From an uncultured Thiotrichales bacterium (lineage in GTDB: Bacteria > Pseudomonadota > Gammaproteobacteria > UBA4575), in the NCBI GenBank assembly GCA_964486815.1, contig CAZAOO010000014.1:16041-80040 (forward strand): DNA of 64,000 nt, given 5' to 3'. Positions 1 through 7,865 of this stretch are shown piece after piece (position 1 is the stretch's first letter; each line of letters starts with the position of its first letter). A program made the translations under genes and the position numbers. The notes under the pieces were generated by a model. It was not told the origin of the DNA. It did not search any database and saw only the letters and a list, made by a program, of their open reading frames with translations.

Positions 1-1510
1 ACCAAGTATTGGTCATAACTATAATATCTGCATCCATCAAGACATGATTTTGACTCAACTTATTTATGGATCTTTTACATTCAAAACTTTCGCCATCAAG
101 ATCATGCAAAGAGTTGGTTGAAAACTTTAGAAGCGACCCGTAACATTCCTCAAGTACCCTTACCCTACGAAATTCATATTTAGGAAAAAGGTTGTGATTA
201 GCGTTCACAGCTACATATAAATCTTCTGATTTTGAGTCACCCAGAAATAGCACTTTTATTTTATCATGGCCCAGACCAAACGGTTCATCCGAGCCCTTCA
301 ACAAGTCCAGCCAATACTGCTCTCTCCTTTTAACTTCTTTTTCACGATCAATAATAAGTGCATGCATATTTGCAGGTAGTTGTGCCACTTTTAATTCATG
401 AAACCCATTTGTAATATGACCATAATATCCAATCAATATTAAACCAACTGTCAAACCTATGATACCGGTGTAGAAGTACGCACCATGCACTATATCTTTA
501 TTTCGAAACGGCGCCTCGATATACTTCCAGGAAAAAAAAGATAAAAGAAAAGTTAGAAATACCAAGAAGGAAATTTGATATAGATTGATATTATTAAGTG
601 TATAAATACGCAAAAACGCAAGCAATGGCACGTGCCAAAGGTATGCGCTATAACTAATTAGACCAACCCCAACCAATAACTTAGTAGATAAAATTTTATT
701 TACAAAATTATCCCCTCTAGAAAATAAAATAATCAAAACCGTTCCAACAACTGGTATTAACGTGTAAAAACTTGGATGCGGCGTGGTCTTGTCGAATATA
801 ACAATACTTATGCAAACCATCACAACGCCAATAGACGCAATCAAACCGTTACCTTTTTGATAATAAGCTGATTTTGTACCTGCAAGAAAAACAGCACACA
901 ATGATCCTGACAATAACTCCCACGCTCTCATTGGCGCCAAATAGAAATTTGCTGAAGGCTCATGAGCAGATGCCCACTGAGCAAACAGTAAACTCATCAG
1001 ACCTAAAAGCATCGATACTATAAATAATAAGCTTCTTTTCCCAAATCGCCAGCATATTAAAAATATTATTGGAAAAACAATATAAAATTGCTCTTCTACT
1101 GCTAGACTCCAAGTATGGAGCAAAGGCTTAGTTTCTGCAGCTGCTTCAAAGTAACCACTTTCTAAAAAGAAGAATATATTTGAAGTGTACGTCGCAACAG
1201 AAATAAGACTTTGTGAAAAATCTTTTAATTCGTGCGGCACCATTAAGAACCATGCTGCAGGCAAGCAGCACAAAACCACAAAAAATAAAGCCGGAAGAAT
1301 ACGGCGCGCACGCCTCCCATAAAAGTTTAATAATGAGAAAGTTCCCGCTTCTTTCTCCTTTAGAATTATTGAAGTAATTAGATAACCACTAATTACAAAA
1401 AATATATCTACCCCTAGAAACCCACCTTTCAACACATTTAATTCTGCATGAAACAGAATCACTGGGATCACCGCAATGGCTCTTAACCCATCAATTTCCT
1501 TTCGATACAT
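1..1510 (-). CDS. Acyltransferase family 3 (OafA/YrhL-like) membrane O-acyltransferase, probably with a C-terminal SGNH domain. The 3' end runs off the window.
   Basis: Absent from the ORF track because no stop codon lies inside the window. Hand translation of the minus strand from ATG 1510-1508 gives MYRKEIDGLRAIAVIPVILFHAELNVLKGGFLGVDIFFVISGYLITSIIL...LLHTWSLAVEEQFY, a typical AT3 N-terminus. The frame is still open at position 2 (...LSQNHVLMDADIIVMTNTW). The start lies 2 nt from the stop of the upstream GT2-like gene. Confidence 0.85.
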   Translation of the reverse strand, partial: MYRKEIDGLRAIAVIPVILFHAELNVLKGGFLGVDIFFVISGYLITSIILKEKEAGTFSLLNFYGRRARRILPALFFVVLCCLPAAWFLMVPHELKDFSQSLISVATYTSNIFFFLESGYFEAAAETKPLLHTWSLAVEEQFYIVFPIIFLICWRFGKRSLLFIVSMLLGLMSLLFAQWASAHEPSANFYLAPMRAWELLSGSLCAVFLAGTKSAYYQKGNGLIASIGVVMVCISIVIFDKTTPHPSFYTLIPVVGTVLIILFSRGDNFVNKILSTKLLVGVGLISYSAYLWHVPLLAFLRIYTLNNINLYQISFLVFLTFLLSFFSWKYIEAPFRNKDIVHGAYFYTGIIGLTVGLILIGYYGHITNGFHELKVAQLPANMHALIIDREKEVKRREQYWLDLLKGSDEPFGLGHDKIKVLFLGDSKSEDLYVAVNANHNLFPKYEFRRVRVLEECYGSLLKFSTNSLHDLDGESFECKRSINKLSQNHVLMDADIIVMTNTW

Positions 1511-1512
1511 TT

Positions 1513-2460
1513 TTATTCAATTATTTCTTCGATTTCATATTCATCAATCTCAGTAGCATGAGTAAAAATCACAAGCTCACCGATTAACCCAAGCACAAAC
1601 ACTTGAACCCCGAGCACAATTAGCAATGAACTAAGCAATAAGGCAGGACGATCTGCTAGTGGCATATCAAAGAACAATCTTTCAAACACCACGTACGCTA
1701 AAAACACTAAACCTAGTATGAAAATGATCGAACCGATTAAGCCAAAAAAGCGTAATGGCTTTTTTGTGAATTTAACCAAAAAGAACACTGTCAAAATATC
1801 TAGCAATCTTCGCAAATACACACCTGGCTTATACAACCTTTTTTGCATATCCATATCAGACTGTGGAAGTTCGATTTCAGCAACACGAAACCCTTTCTGG
1901 CTTGCCAGCAACGGGAAAAATCTATGTTGATCGCCATAGATGTTAATTTCATCCGCCACTTTCCTTGAAAACGCACGTACCCCACAACCCATATCACTAA
2001 AAACACTTTCAGTAGCCGCCAGACTTTGCAACTTATGAAATAACTTGGTCTGTAATTGATTTATTTTTGAATCAACACGTGGCCACCTTTTACCAATAAC
2101 CATGTCATTACCATCAAGACTAGATAAAAGCTTTGGCAAGCTATCCGATTTAACTTGCAAGTAAGCTGGAAGGGTAATAAGTGTATCTGCCCGTGCATGT
2201 TCAAAAGCCACCCGCAAAGCAGCTGCCTCACCAAACCAACTTGAGAAAGCAAAAATCCTTATCGATTCACCTTTATTTTTTAAGCTCTTTAGTTTATTCA
2301 ACTCTTCGGGGTGCTTACCATCGAGCACATAAATAAATTCATAACTCTGCGCACAAGATTCAATTGCGGCTTTGTACTCATAGAAAACAGTATCGATATC
2401 GTTATATCGTTCACCGATTATTATAATGACTGAAACATCTTTAATACTATTTTGATTCAT
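1513..2460 (-). CDS. GT2-like membrane-anchored protein, a paralogue of the adjacent polyprenyl-phosphate glycosyltransferase that lacks the DXD motif
   Basis: It is colinear with the neighbouring GT2: VSVIIIIGERYND versus LSIVVPLYNEQEN, and YVLDGKH versus ICVDDGS. At the DXD position it reads TLITLPAYLQ versus VVVTMDGDLQ. C-terminal TM helices are present (FFGLIGSIIFILGLVFLAYVVF, LLLSSLLIVLGVQVFVLGLIG). Confidence 0.7.
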   Translation of the reverse strand: MNQNSIKDVSVIIIIGERYNDIDTVFYEYKAAIESCAQSYEFIYVLDGKHPEELNKLKSLKNKGESIRIFAFSSWFGEAAALRVAFEHARADTLITLPAYLQVKSDSLPKLLSSLDGNDMVIGKRWPRVDSKINQLQTKLFHKLQSLAATESVFSDMGCGVRAFSRKVADEINIYGDQHRFFPLLASQKGFRVAEIELPQSDMDMQKRLYKPGVYLRRLLDILTVFFLVKFTKKPLRFFGLIGSIIFILGLVFLAYVVFERLFFDMPLADRPALLLSSLLIVLGVQVFVLGLIGELVIFTHATEIDEYEIEEIIE

Positions 2461-2494
2461 TTATGTTATCTTTATTTTATAAAAATAGTGGCAA

Positions 2495-3442
2495 TTAAAC
2501 TTCTTCTGTTGCAGTGAGCATTCGCAATTTATAAATATCCATATTTCCAGTTTTATAGATTAATTCTGCAAGCGCACCATTAAAGAAAAGAAATACTGCT
2601 AAAAACAAAAACAATGCGGAAAGACTGGGCAAAATCAATGGGCTGACGCTATACCCTATGAACAGCAGAACAAAATACAATACGAAAATCATCATGAAGA
2701 TCAAGAATGGAACGATCGCTGCAAACGAAAACCAAACAAGCGGTTTTGCTTTAAATGATGAAATCATTTTAATCGTCATTAAATCTATAATTACTTTATA
2801 GATTCTGGATAAACCATACTTCGACTCACCAAACTGACGTGCATGATGTTTCACCCTTACTTGCGCAATCTTTGAACCTGTAATTGACGCCATTGCAGGA
2901 ATAAAACGATGCATCTCGGAATATAGCGGAACGTTCTTTATAATTTCTGCGCGATAAGCTTTTAATGAGCAACCATTATCTTTTATTGGAGCCCCTGTCA
3001 CTTTGCCAATAATCCAGTTTGCAATTACGGAAGGAATTTTTCTGGATATCAATTTATCTTGTCGTTTATAACGCCAACCTACAACTATGTCATAGCCTTC
3101 ATCTATTTTCGCAACAAGTGTTTTGATATCACTCGGGTCATTTTGCAAGTCACCATCCATAGTCACAACCACATCACCCTTTGCATATTTAATACCCGCT
3201 ACCATTGCTGGAGTTTGGCCACAATTCTTTCTAAATTTAATTACTTTAAGATGCTTATTATCTAGCGCTAAGTTCTTCAATACTTTAAATGTATCGTCTG
3301 CACTGCCGTCATCCACACAAATGATTTCGAAATCAAAAGGACCCTCACTAACCTCTTTAGCGATCCTGTCAACAAGAATGGGAACATTCTCTTGTTCGTT
3401 GTATAAGGGGACTACTATTGAGAGTAGTTTTGCCTGAATCAT
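2495..3442 (-). CDS. GT2 polyprenyl-phosphate sugar synthase (ArnC/GtrB/DPM1-like)
   Basis: Motifs LSIVVPLYNEQENV, IICVDDGSADDT and VVVTMDGDLQNDPSDI (DXD), plus C-terminal TM helices. The ORF track begins at GTG 3478. ATG 3442 (MIQAKLL) has GAGG 4 nt upstream and is the likelier start. Confidence 0.85.
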   Translation of the reverse strand: MIQAKLLSIVVPLYNEQENVPILVDRIAKEVSEGPFDFEIICVDDGSADDTFKVLKNLALDNKHLKVIKFRKNCGQTPAMVAGIKYAKGDVVVTMDGDLQNDPSDIKTLVAKIDEGYDIVVGWRYKRQDKLISRKIPSVIANWIIGKVTGAPIKDNGCSLKAYRAEIIKNVPLYSEMHRFIPAMASITGSKIAQVRVKHHARQFGESKYGLSRIYKVIIDLMTIKMISSFKAKPLVWFSFAAIVPFLIFMMIFVLYFVLLFIGYSVSPLILPSLSALFLFLAVFLFFNGALAELIYKTGNMDIYKLRMLTATEEV

Positions 3443-3657
3443 GAAACCTCTGTGAAAGTAGTGCCAAAAAACCTCCACTAGTATATGTTTTATATTTAAA
3501 ATAAATTTGAGTGACTTCTATTATTTAGAAAAAAATAAAATAAATTTTCAATTTCAAACAATTTAAGTTTAAAACTAACAACCCCGTTCATCCTGATTTT
3601 CTTACCATTCATCTATTGCTTAGGGAAATTATCTAGCGTGATGTGTAGATTCAAGAG

Positions 3658-3673
3658 TGTGATCTAGTTCACA
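3658..3673. promoter_or_regulatory. Perfect CRP/Vfr/Clp-type palindrome TGTGA-TCTAGT-TCACA in a divergent promoter region
   Basis: The sequence gagTGTGAtctagtTCACAtaa matches 10/10 core positions, and the spacer is almost the idealised tctaga. It lies between the minus-strand GT2 operon (start 3442) and the plus-strand secreted-protein genes (start 3787/3856). Confidence 0.55.
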
Positions 3674-3855
3674 TAAATTTATTTATAAGCAGATAGTTAC
3701 GAAGCCATAAACACTATTTACCAATCACTCCATCATTATAACCCATTGAAATACATATTTTTTAAGTCTGAGTCTTAGATTTAAGCATGCCTCACGCAAA
3801 TTTAATAATTTCATTCCTCAAGATAATTAAAATTACTGATTACACGATCAAAATA

Positions 3856-4809
3856 ATGAATAAAACTATATTCACACACAACTTCAAAATTTCACTTAGG
3901 CTTTCAGCAACACAACTAGTGTTGTTAATTTTAGTCTCGGCATTTTTCTGCACTAATGTGATAGCAGAAACCACTTCAAAACCATCTATGCTGCTTGTAG
4001 CTGAGAATTATTCCTTAGCTCAGAATGGTTCCACCATGGTCAAATGGAGATCACAAGATACTACCCAGTGCCGTGGAGATGGTAATTGGGCCTCCAGCTC
4101 CCGCACCTATGGAAATCAACGAGTCGGACCGTTATCCAGAACCACTACCTACCGCGTCACCTGCTCGGGCCCTGGTGGATCGGTAAGCAAATCCATAACC
4201 ATTGCGGTTGATAATCAACAGCCTGAACCTGAACTCGAGCCAGAACCTGAACTTACTGGCCCAAAACCATCTATGCTGCTTGTAGCTGAGAATTATTCCT
4301 TAGCTCAGAATGGTTCCACCATGGTCAAATGGAGATCACAAGATACTACCCAGTGCCGTGGAGATGGTAATTGGGCCTCCAGCTCCCGCACCTATGGAAA
4401 TCAACGAGTCGGACCGTTATCCAGAACCACTACCTACCGCGTCACCTGCTCGGGCCCTGGTGGATCGGTAAGCAAATCCATAACCATTGCGGTTGATAAT
4501 CAACAGCCTGAACTTAAACCTGAACTTAAACCTGAAGATGTTCCAACAACCACTGGTTTCGTAGAGCTGAATTGGATCACCCCAGAAACTAATGAGGATG
4601 GCACACCTCTATTCGATTTAACCGGTTATAAAATCTACTATGGTGTATCTCAGAGTAATTTGAAAAATGTAATTGATATTGATGCTGGACTAACGAGCTA
4701 TGTAATTGAAGACTTGCCTCCAGGAACTCACTACTTTGCAATCTCTGCAGTAGATCTTAGTAGTAATGAAAGTTCTCGGTCGAACATTGCAGCAAAGGTA
4801 ATTAACTAA
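3856..4809 (+). CDS. Secreted protein with two identical Ig-like Cys-pair repeats, PE-rich linkers and a C-terminal fibronectin type III domain
   Basis: The ORF opens at 3787, but M24 (3856) begins a plausible signal peptide (MNKTIF...LVLLILVSAFFCTNVIA-ETT). An 84-aa repeat KPSMLLVAENYSL...TTTYRVTCSGPGGSVSKSITIAVDNQQPE occurs twice. The FN3-like C-terminus reads VELNWITPETNEDGTPLFDLTGYKIYYG...THYFAISAVDLSSNES. Confidence 0.75.
   Translation: MNKTIFTHNFKISLRLSATQLVLLILVSAFFCTNVIAETTSKPSMLLVAENYSLAQNGSTMVKWRSQDTTQCRGDGNWASSSRTYGNQRVGPLSRTTTYRVTCSGPGGSVSKSITIAVDNQQPEPELEPEPELTGPKPSMLLVAENYSLAQNGSTMVKWRSQDTTQCRGDGNWASSSRTYGNQRVGPLSRTTTYRVTCSGPGGSVSKSITIAVDNQQPELKPELKPEDVPTTTGFVELNWITPETNEDGTPLFDLTGYKIYYGVSQSNLKNVIDIDAGLTSYVIEDLPPGTHYFAISAVDLSSNESSRSNIAAKVIN
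3977..4513 (+). repeat. Tandem in-frame duplication with a 285-bp period: 3977-4228 and 4262-4513 are identical at every base by eye
   Basis: Base-by-base comparison of the two 252-bp copies found no differences. Divergence begins at 3976 vs 4261 and at 4229 vs 4514. The copies are separated by a 33-bp PE-linker segment. Confidence 0.9.
4507..4536 (+). repeat. 12-bp tandem repeat cctgaacttaaa x2.5 encoding the PELK linker
   Basis: cctgaacttaaa occurs at 4507-4518 and 4519-4530, with a partial unit at 4531-4536. A related 6-bp cctgaa periodicity is present in the first linker (4222-4255). Confidence 0.85.
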
Positions 4810-4944
4810 ATTACCCTTTAAAGCGTGAGTTTTATAACGGTTAAGTATCTGAGAGTATCAGCCACCTAAAAAAACAAATAGTTGCTAATTAATACCTACT
4901 AAAATAACAACTAGCCACTCATAAGAATAAAAACAAACTCTCAT

Positions 4945-6102
4945 ATGCTTACCATCAATTTTAAAGACGCAAAATATCCAGCATCCAAATTAACTCAATT
5001 ACCCATATTTAAATATTTCGTTGTAGCAGCGACATTGTTGCTGTTAACAGCTTGCGGCGGAGGCAGCGGAAGCGGCAGCAACTCAACTAGTGGGCCAGCC
5101 AAAATTAACTTCAGCGCCAATCCTCTATCAATAGCTGAAGGAGAATCTTCTGTTATCACTTGGCAAGCAGTAAACTCTGTTAGCTGTAGAGCGGAAGGTA
5201 ATTGGACCAGAGAAACCACCCCAACTGGACAGGTTTCTGTTGGACCCGATGTAACGACAACCTATACTATTTCTTGCCTAGGCAAAGAAGGCGGGCCGAT
5301 TACAGAATCCATCACGGTTACAGTAGACGGGTCTCCACCAACTCCCAGTCCTAATCTTACCTTAACCGCATCACCAACGAATATAAACGCCAATGAACCA
5401 TCTACAATACGCTGGTCAACAAGCAATGCAGACTCTTGTAGAGCACTAGGTGGATGGTCAAGTAAAACAAGTGTAAATAGCAGTCAGTTAATTGCCTCAA
5501 TACCGAGCACTACAACCTACAGTATGCGCTGCACGGGACCAGGTGGCTCCACTACGGAATCAATAAATGTCGTTGTTAACAGCATACCACCCACACCTGG
5601 GCCGACATTAGATATAACGGCTGATGATCTTATAATAGATTCAAATGCATCAACCACGATTCGATGGAATACAAATAATGCAGCTACTTGCTCAGCAGAT
5701 GGAGGATGGTCTTCCAGCAGCAGTGCTACTGGCCAACAATTAATTAACGCTATCCCAAGCACAACGACCTATAGTATGACCTGTATTGGCTCAGGTGGAA
5801 CAGTTACAGAATCCGTTATCATCACTATCAACCAAACCACTTCCGGTTCAGTTGAATTAAACTGGGATGCACCCTCAACCAATGCAGATGGCACCGCATT
5901 AACAGATCTAGCTGGTTACACAATTTACTATGGAACCAATCAAAATGATTTAAACCAAATTATTAACATTAATACTGCAGGCGTAACCACTTACGTAATA
6001 GATAATTTAGCTGCTGCTACTTATTATTTCTCTATGACTGCAAAAGATAATAGTAATAACGAAAGCATTCAATCTAACCTTGCCTCTAAAGTTATTAGAT
6101 AA
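4945..6102 (+). CDS. Lipoprotein with three Ig-like Cys-pair repeats and a C-terminal FN3 domain, a paralogue of the 3856-4809 product
   Basis: Lipobox LLLTAC followed by GGGSGSGS. Three repeats share the pattern W..(S/T)N..SC.A.GGW......TTTY(S/T)..C.G.GG...ES. The FN3-like end reads VELNWDAPSTNADGTALTDLAGYTIYYG...TYYFSMTAKDNSNNES. Confidence 0.75.
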   Translation: MLTINFKDAKYPASKLTQLPIFKYFVVAATLLLLTACGGGSGSGSNSTSGPAKINFSANPLSIAEGESSVITWQAVNSVSCRAEGNWTRETTPTGQVSVGPDVTTTYTISCLGKEGGPITESITVTVDGSPPTPSPNLTLTASPTNINANEPSTIRWSTSNADSCRALGGWSSKTSVNSSQLIASIPSTTTYSMRCTGPGGSTTESINVVVNSIPPTPGPTLDITADDLIIDSNASTTIRWNTNNAATCSADGGWSSSSSATGQQLINAIPSTTTYSMTCIGSGGTVTESVIITINQTTSGSVELNWDAPSTNADGTALTDLAGYTIYYGTNQNDLNQIININTAGVTTYVIDNLAAATYYFSMTAKDNSNNESIQSNLASKVIR

Positions 6103-6132
6103 GCAACTTAAACTTAATCACAAACATATAAA

Positions 6133-7776
6133 ATGATGACAATGAAAAAAATATTTGTTCTTCTAGCCTTAGTTATATTCTCTAGTCAAATCAATGCAGC
6201 CAATCTTGGTAGCAAGTCGGGAAAGATGTGGCACCCCTACCTAGAGTGGAGTGTCACTAATACCAGCTTCTCCGGCAATCCCTATGACGTAATTGCAACG
6301 GCAACTTTTTCACATTCTGGTAGCAGCAGTACACATAAAACAGAAATGTTCTATGCTGGTAATAACACCTGGAAATTTCGCTTTGCTGGTACGCGTACCG
6401 GTACATGGAATTTCACTACCAGCAGTTCTGATCCTGAATTAAATGGTCACACAGGCTCCGCTTCCATTAGTAGTAATGCAAATGCGACCGGCTTTCTAAC
6501 CAATAGTGGCAACAAGTTTGCTATGCAAAAGGGTGATAACGGCACACTTCAACCATATCGCTTAAATATATTCATGACAGATACTGGTGGATATATAACG
6601 GACGTAGCTTATTTTAGAAGTGGCACTGCAAACAAAGCACGTACCTATGCACGTGCAGCTAAAAACAATGGTATGAACGCAGTCTACCTTTCCGTGAACC
6701 ATAATTGGTTAAAGCTAGGCGCCAATAAGAACAGTGAACATAACAGTACCGATCCTGATCCAGATACTTATGCCGTGCTTGAACAGTTCATCACCACCGC
6801 AAAAAATGAAGGGGTGCATGTCTATCTATGGGCCTGGGGAGACGATGATCGCGATTGGTCACCTTCCGGACTTCCTGGTGGAATGAATGGAACGGTACAC
6901 AAAAGGATACAACGCTACACCGCAGCTCGACTAGGCCCTATTGCAGGCTGGTCTATGGGCCTAGGTTTTGATTTAGATGAATGGACCAGCTCCTCGTCCA
7001 GAAATGCATGGGCAACTTATCTACATAGTCGTTTTGGATGGGACCATTTATTGTCTACACGCGGCTTCAGGCTATCAGGCAACAATAATATTAATGGCTA
7101 TTCTAGCAGAGGTGATCAAGATGAAGTTTTAGACACACAAAGCAAAGGTGGTCCTCACACTTACAATGAGGGTTTAGCAGACCTTCAGAGTGATTTATCA
7201 AAACCAACCCTTTATGAAGAAAGGCACGTCTTCGAACGCGATAAAATTAAAGCAAGTTGGATAGGTTGGAAGACGACAACAAGCATGGATGGAACACGCA
7301 GATTGATATGGCGTAATACTCTGGCAGGAGGTATTGGGGGATGGTTTGGATTCTTTAATCAAAATCCTGTATTCGGCAGTGGTTCAGGCTACCCTAATCC
7401 TGAACAATTAGTTACCGCGACCACCTTTTGGGATGACAATGAACGCTTCTTAATGGACATGCGCGCAGCCAACAATTTAACGGATGGTATGGCTCTAAGA
7501 ACTAATAACAACAGAAATTTTGTTTTTTACAAGGAAAACACCTCATCAATACAGATGAATTTATCCAGCATGTCAGGCAACCAAAATGCCATAGCAGTGG
7601 ATACAAAAAGGTCTTATGGAGAAGTCGCTATAGGTAATCTAAACCCGGTTAACATGACTTGGGATGCACCCTATTCTTCTGATTGGGCCATCGCAGTAGG
7701 AAGCTTCAATGGAAACACACCTTCAACAGCGGACACAACTCCTCCTGCTCCTCCAAGAAACTTGATTGCTAGATAG
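6133..7776 (+). CDS. Secreted protein, a candidate glycoside hydrolase (DUF5060-like N-terminal beta-sandwich plus TIM-barrel-like region)
   Basis: Signal peptide KKIFVLLALVIFSSQINA. The N-terminus WHPYLEWSVTNTSFSGNPYDVIATATFSHSG...EMFYAGNNTWKFRFAGTRTGTWNF resembles the DUF5060 domain that precedes GH5-like catalytic domains. The assignment is from memory only. Confidence 0.4.
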   Translation: MMTMKKIFVLLALVIFSSQINAANLGSKSGKMWHPYLEWSVTNTSFSGNPYDVIATATFSHSGSSSTHKTEMFYAGNNTWKFRFAGTRTGTWNFTTSSSDPELNGHTGSASISSNANATGFLTNSGNKFAMQKGDNGTLQPYRLNIFMTDTGGYITDVAYFRSGTANKARTYARAAKNNGMNAVYLSVNHNWLKLGANKNSEHNSTDPDPDTYAVLEQFITTAKNEGVHVYLWAWGDDDRDWSPSGLPGGMNGTVHKRIQRYTAARLGPIAGWSMGLGFDLDEWTSSSSRNAWATYLHSRFGWDHLLSTRGFRLSGNNNINGYSSRGDQDEVLDTQSKGGPHTYNEGLADLQSDLSKPTLYEERHVFERDKIKASWIGWKTTTSMDGTRRLIWRNTLAGGIGGWFGFFNQNPVFGSGSGYPNPEQLVTATTFWDDNERFLMDMRAANNLTDGMALRTNNNRNFVFYKENTSSIQMNLSSMSGNQNAIAVDTKRSYGEVAIGNLNPVNMTWDAPYSSDWAIAVGSFNGNTPSTADTTPPAPPRNLIAR

Positions 7777-7817
7777 TTTCATAGCTTAGTAGGCCTAATA
7801 TTCAGCAGTTCAAATAG

Positions 7818-7855
7818 CAACGCAAAATATAGTCATGTTTTGCGTTGGCTTTTTT
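7818..7855 (+). terminator. Rho-independent terminator after the 6133-7776 gene
   Basis: A 10-bp stem, caacgcaaaa (7818-7827) pairing with ttttgcgttg (7838-7847), encloses a 10-nt loop. It is followed by gcTTTTTT (T-run 7850-7855). It lies between convergent genes. Confidence 0.7.
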
Positions 7856-7865
7856 ACTATTACAG

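Noticed and set aside
3977-4513. Possibility that the long exact repeat is a CRISPR-like or non-coding array
   Set aside because: There are only two copies with a 285-bp period. Both lie in frame within a continuous ORF and encode a recognisable protein domain, so this is a coding tandem duplication.
1718-6000. Short antisense or overlapping ORFs in the track (e.g. 1718-1930, 1800-2006, 2061-2252, 3059-3265, 3123-3437, 4995-5219, 5517-5762), and similar ones throughout the window
   Set aside because: Each is nested inside a longer ORF with convincing family motifs on the other strand or frame, and none has independent support.
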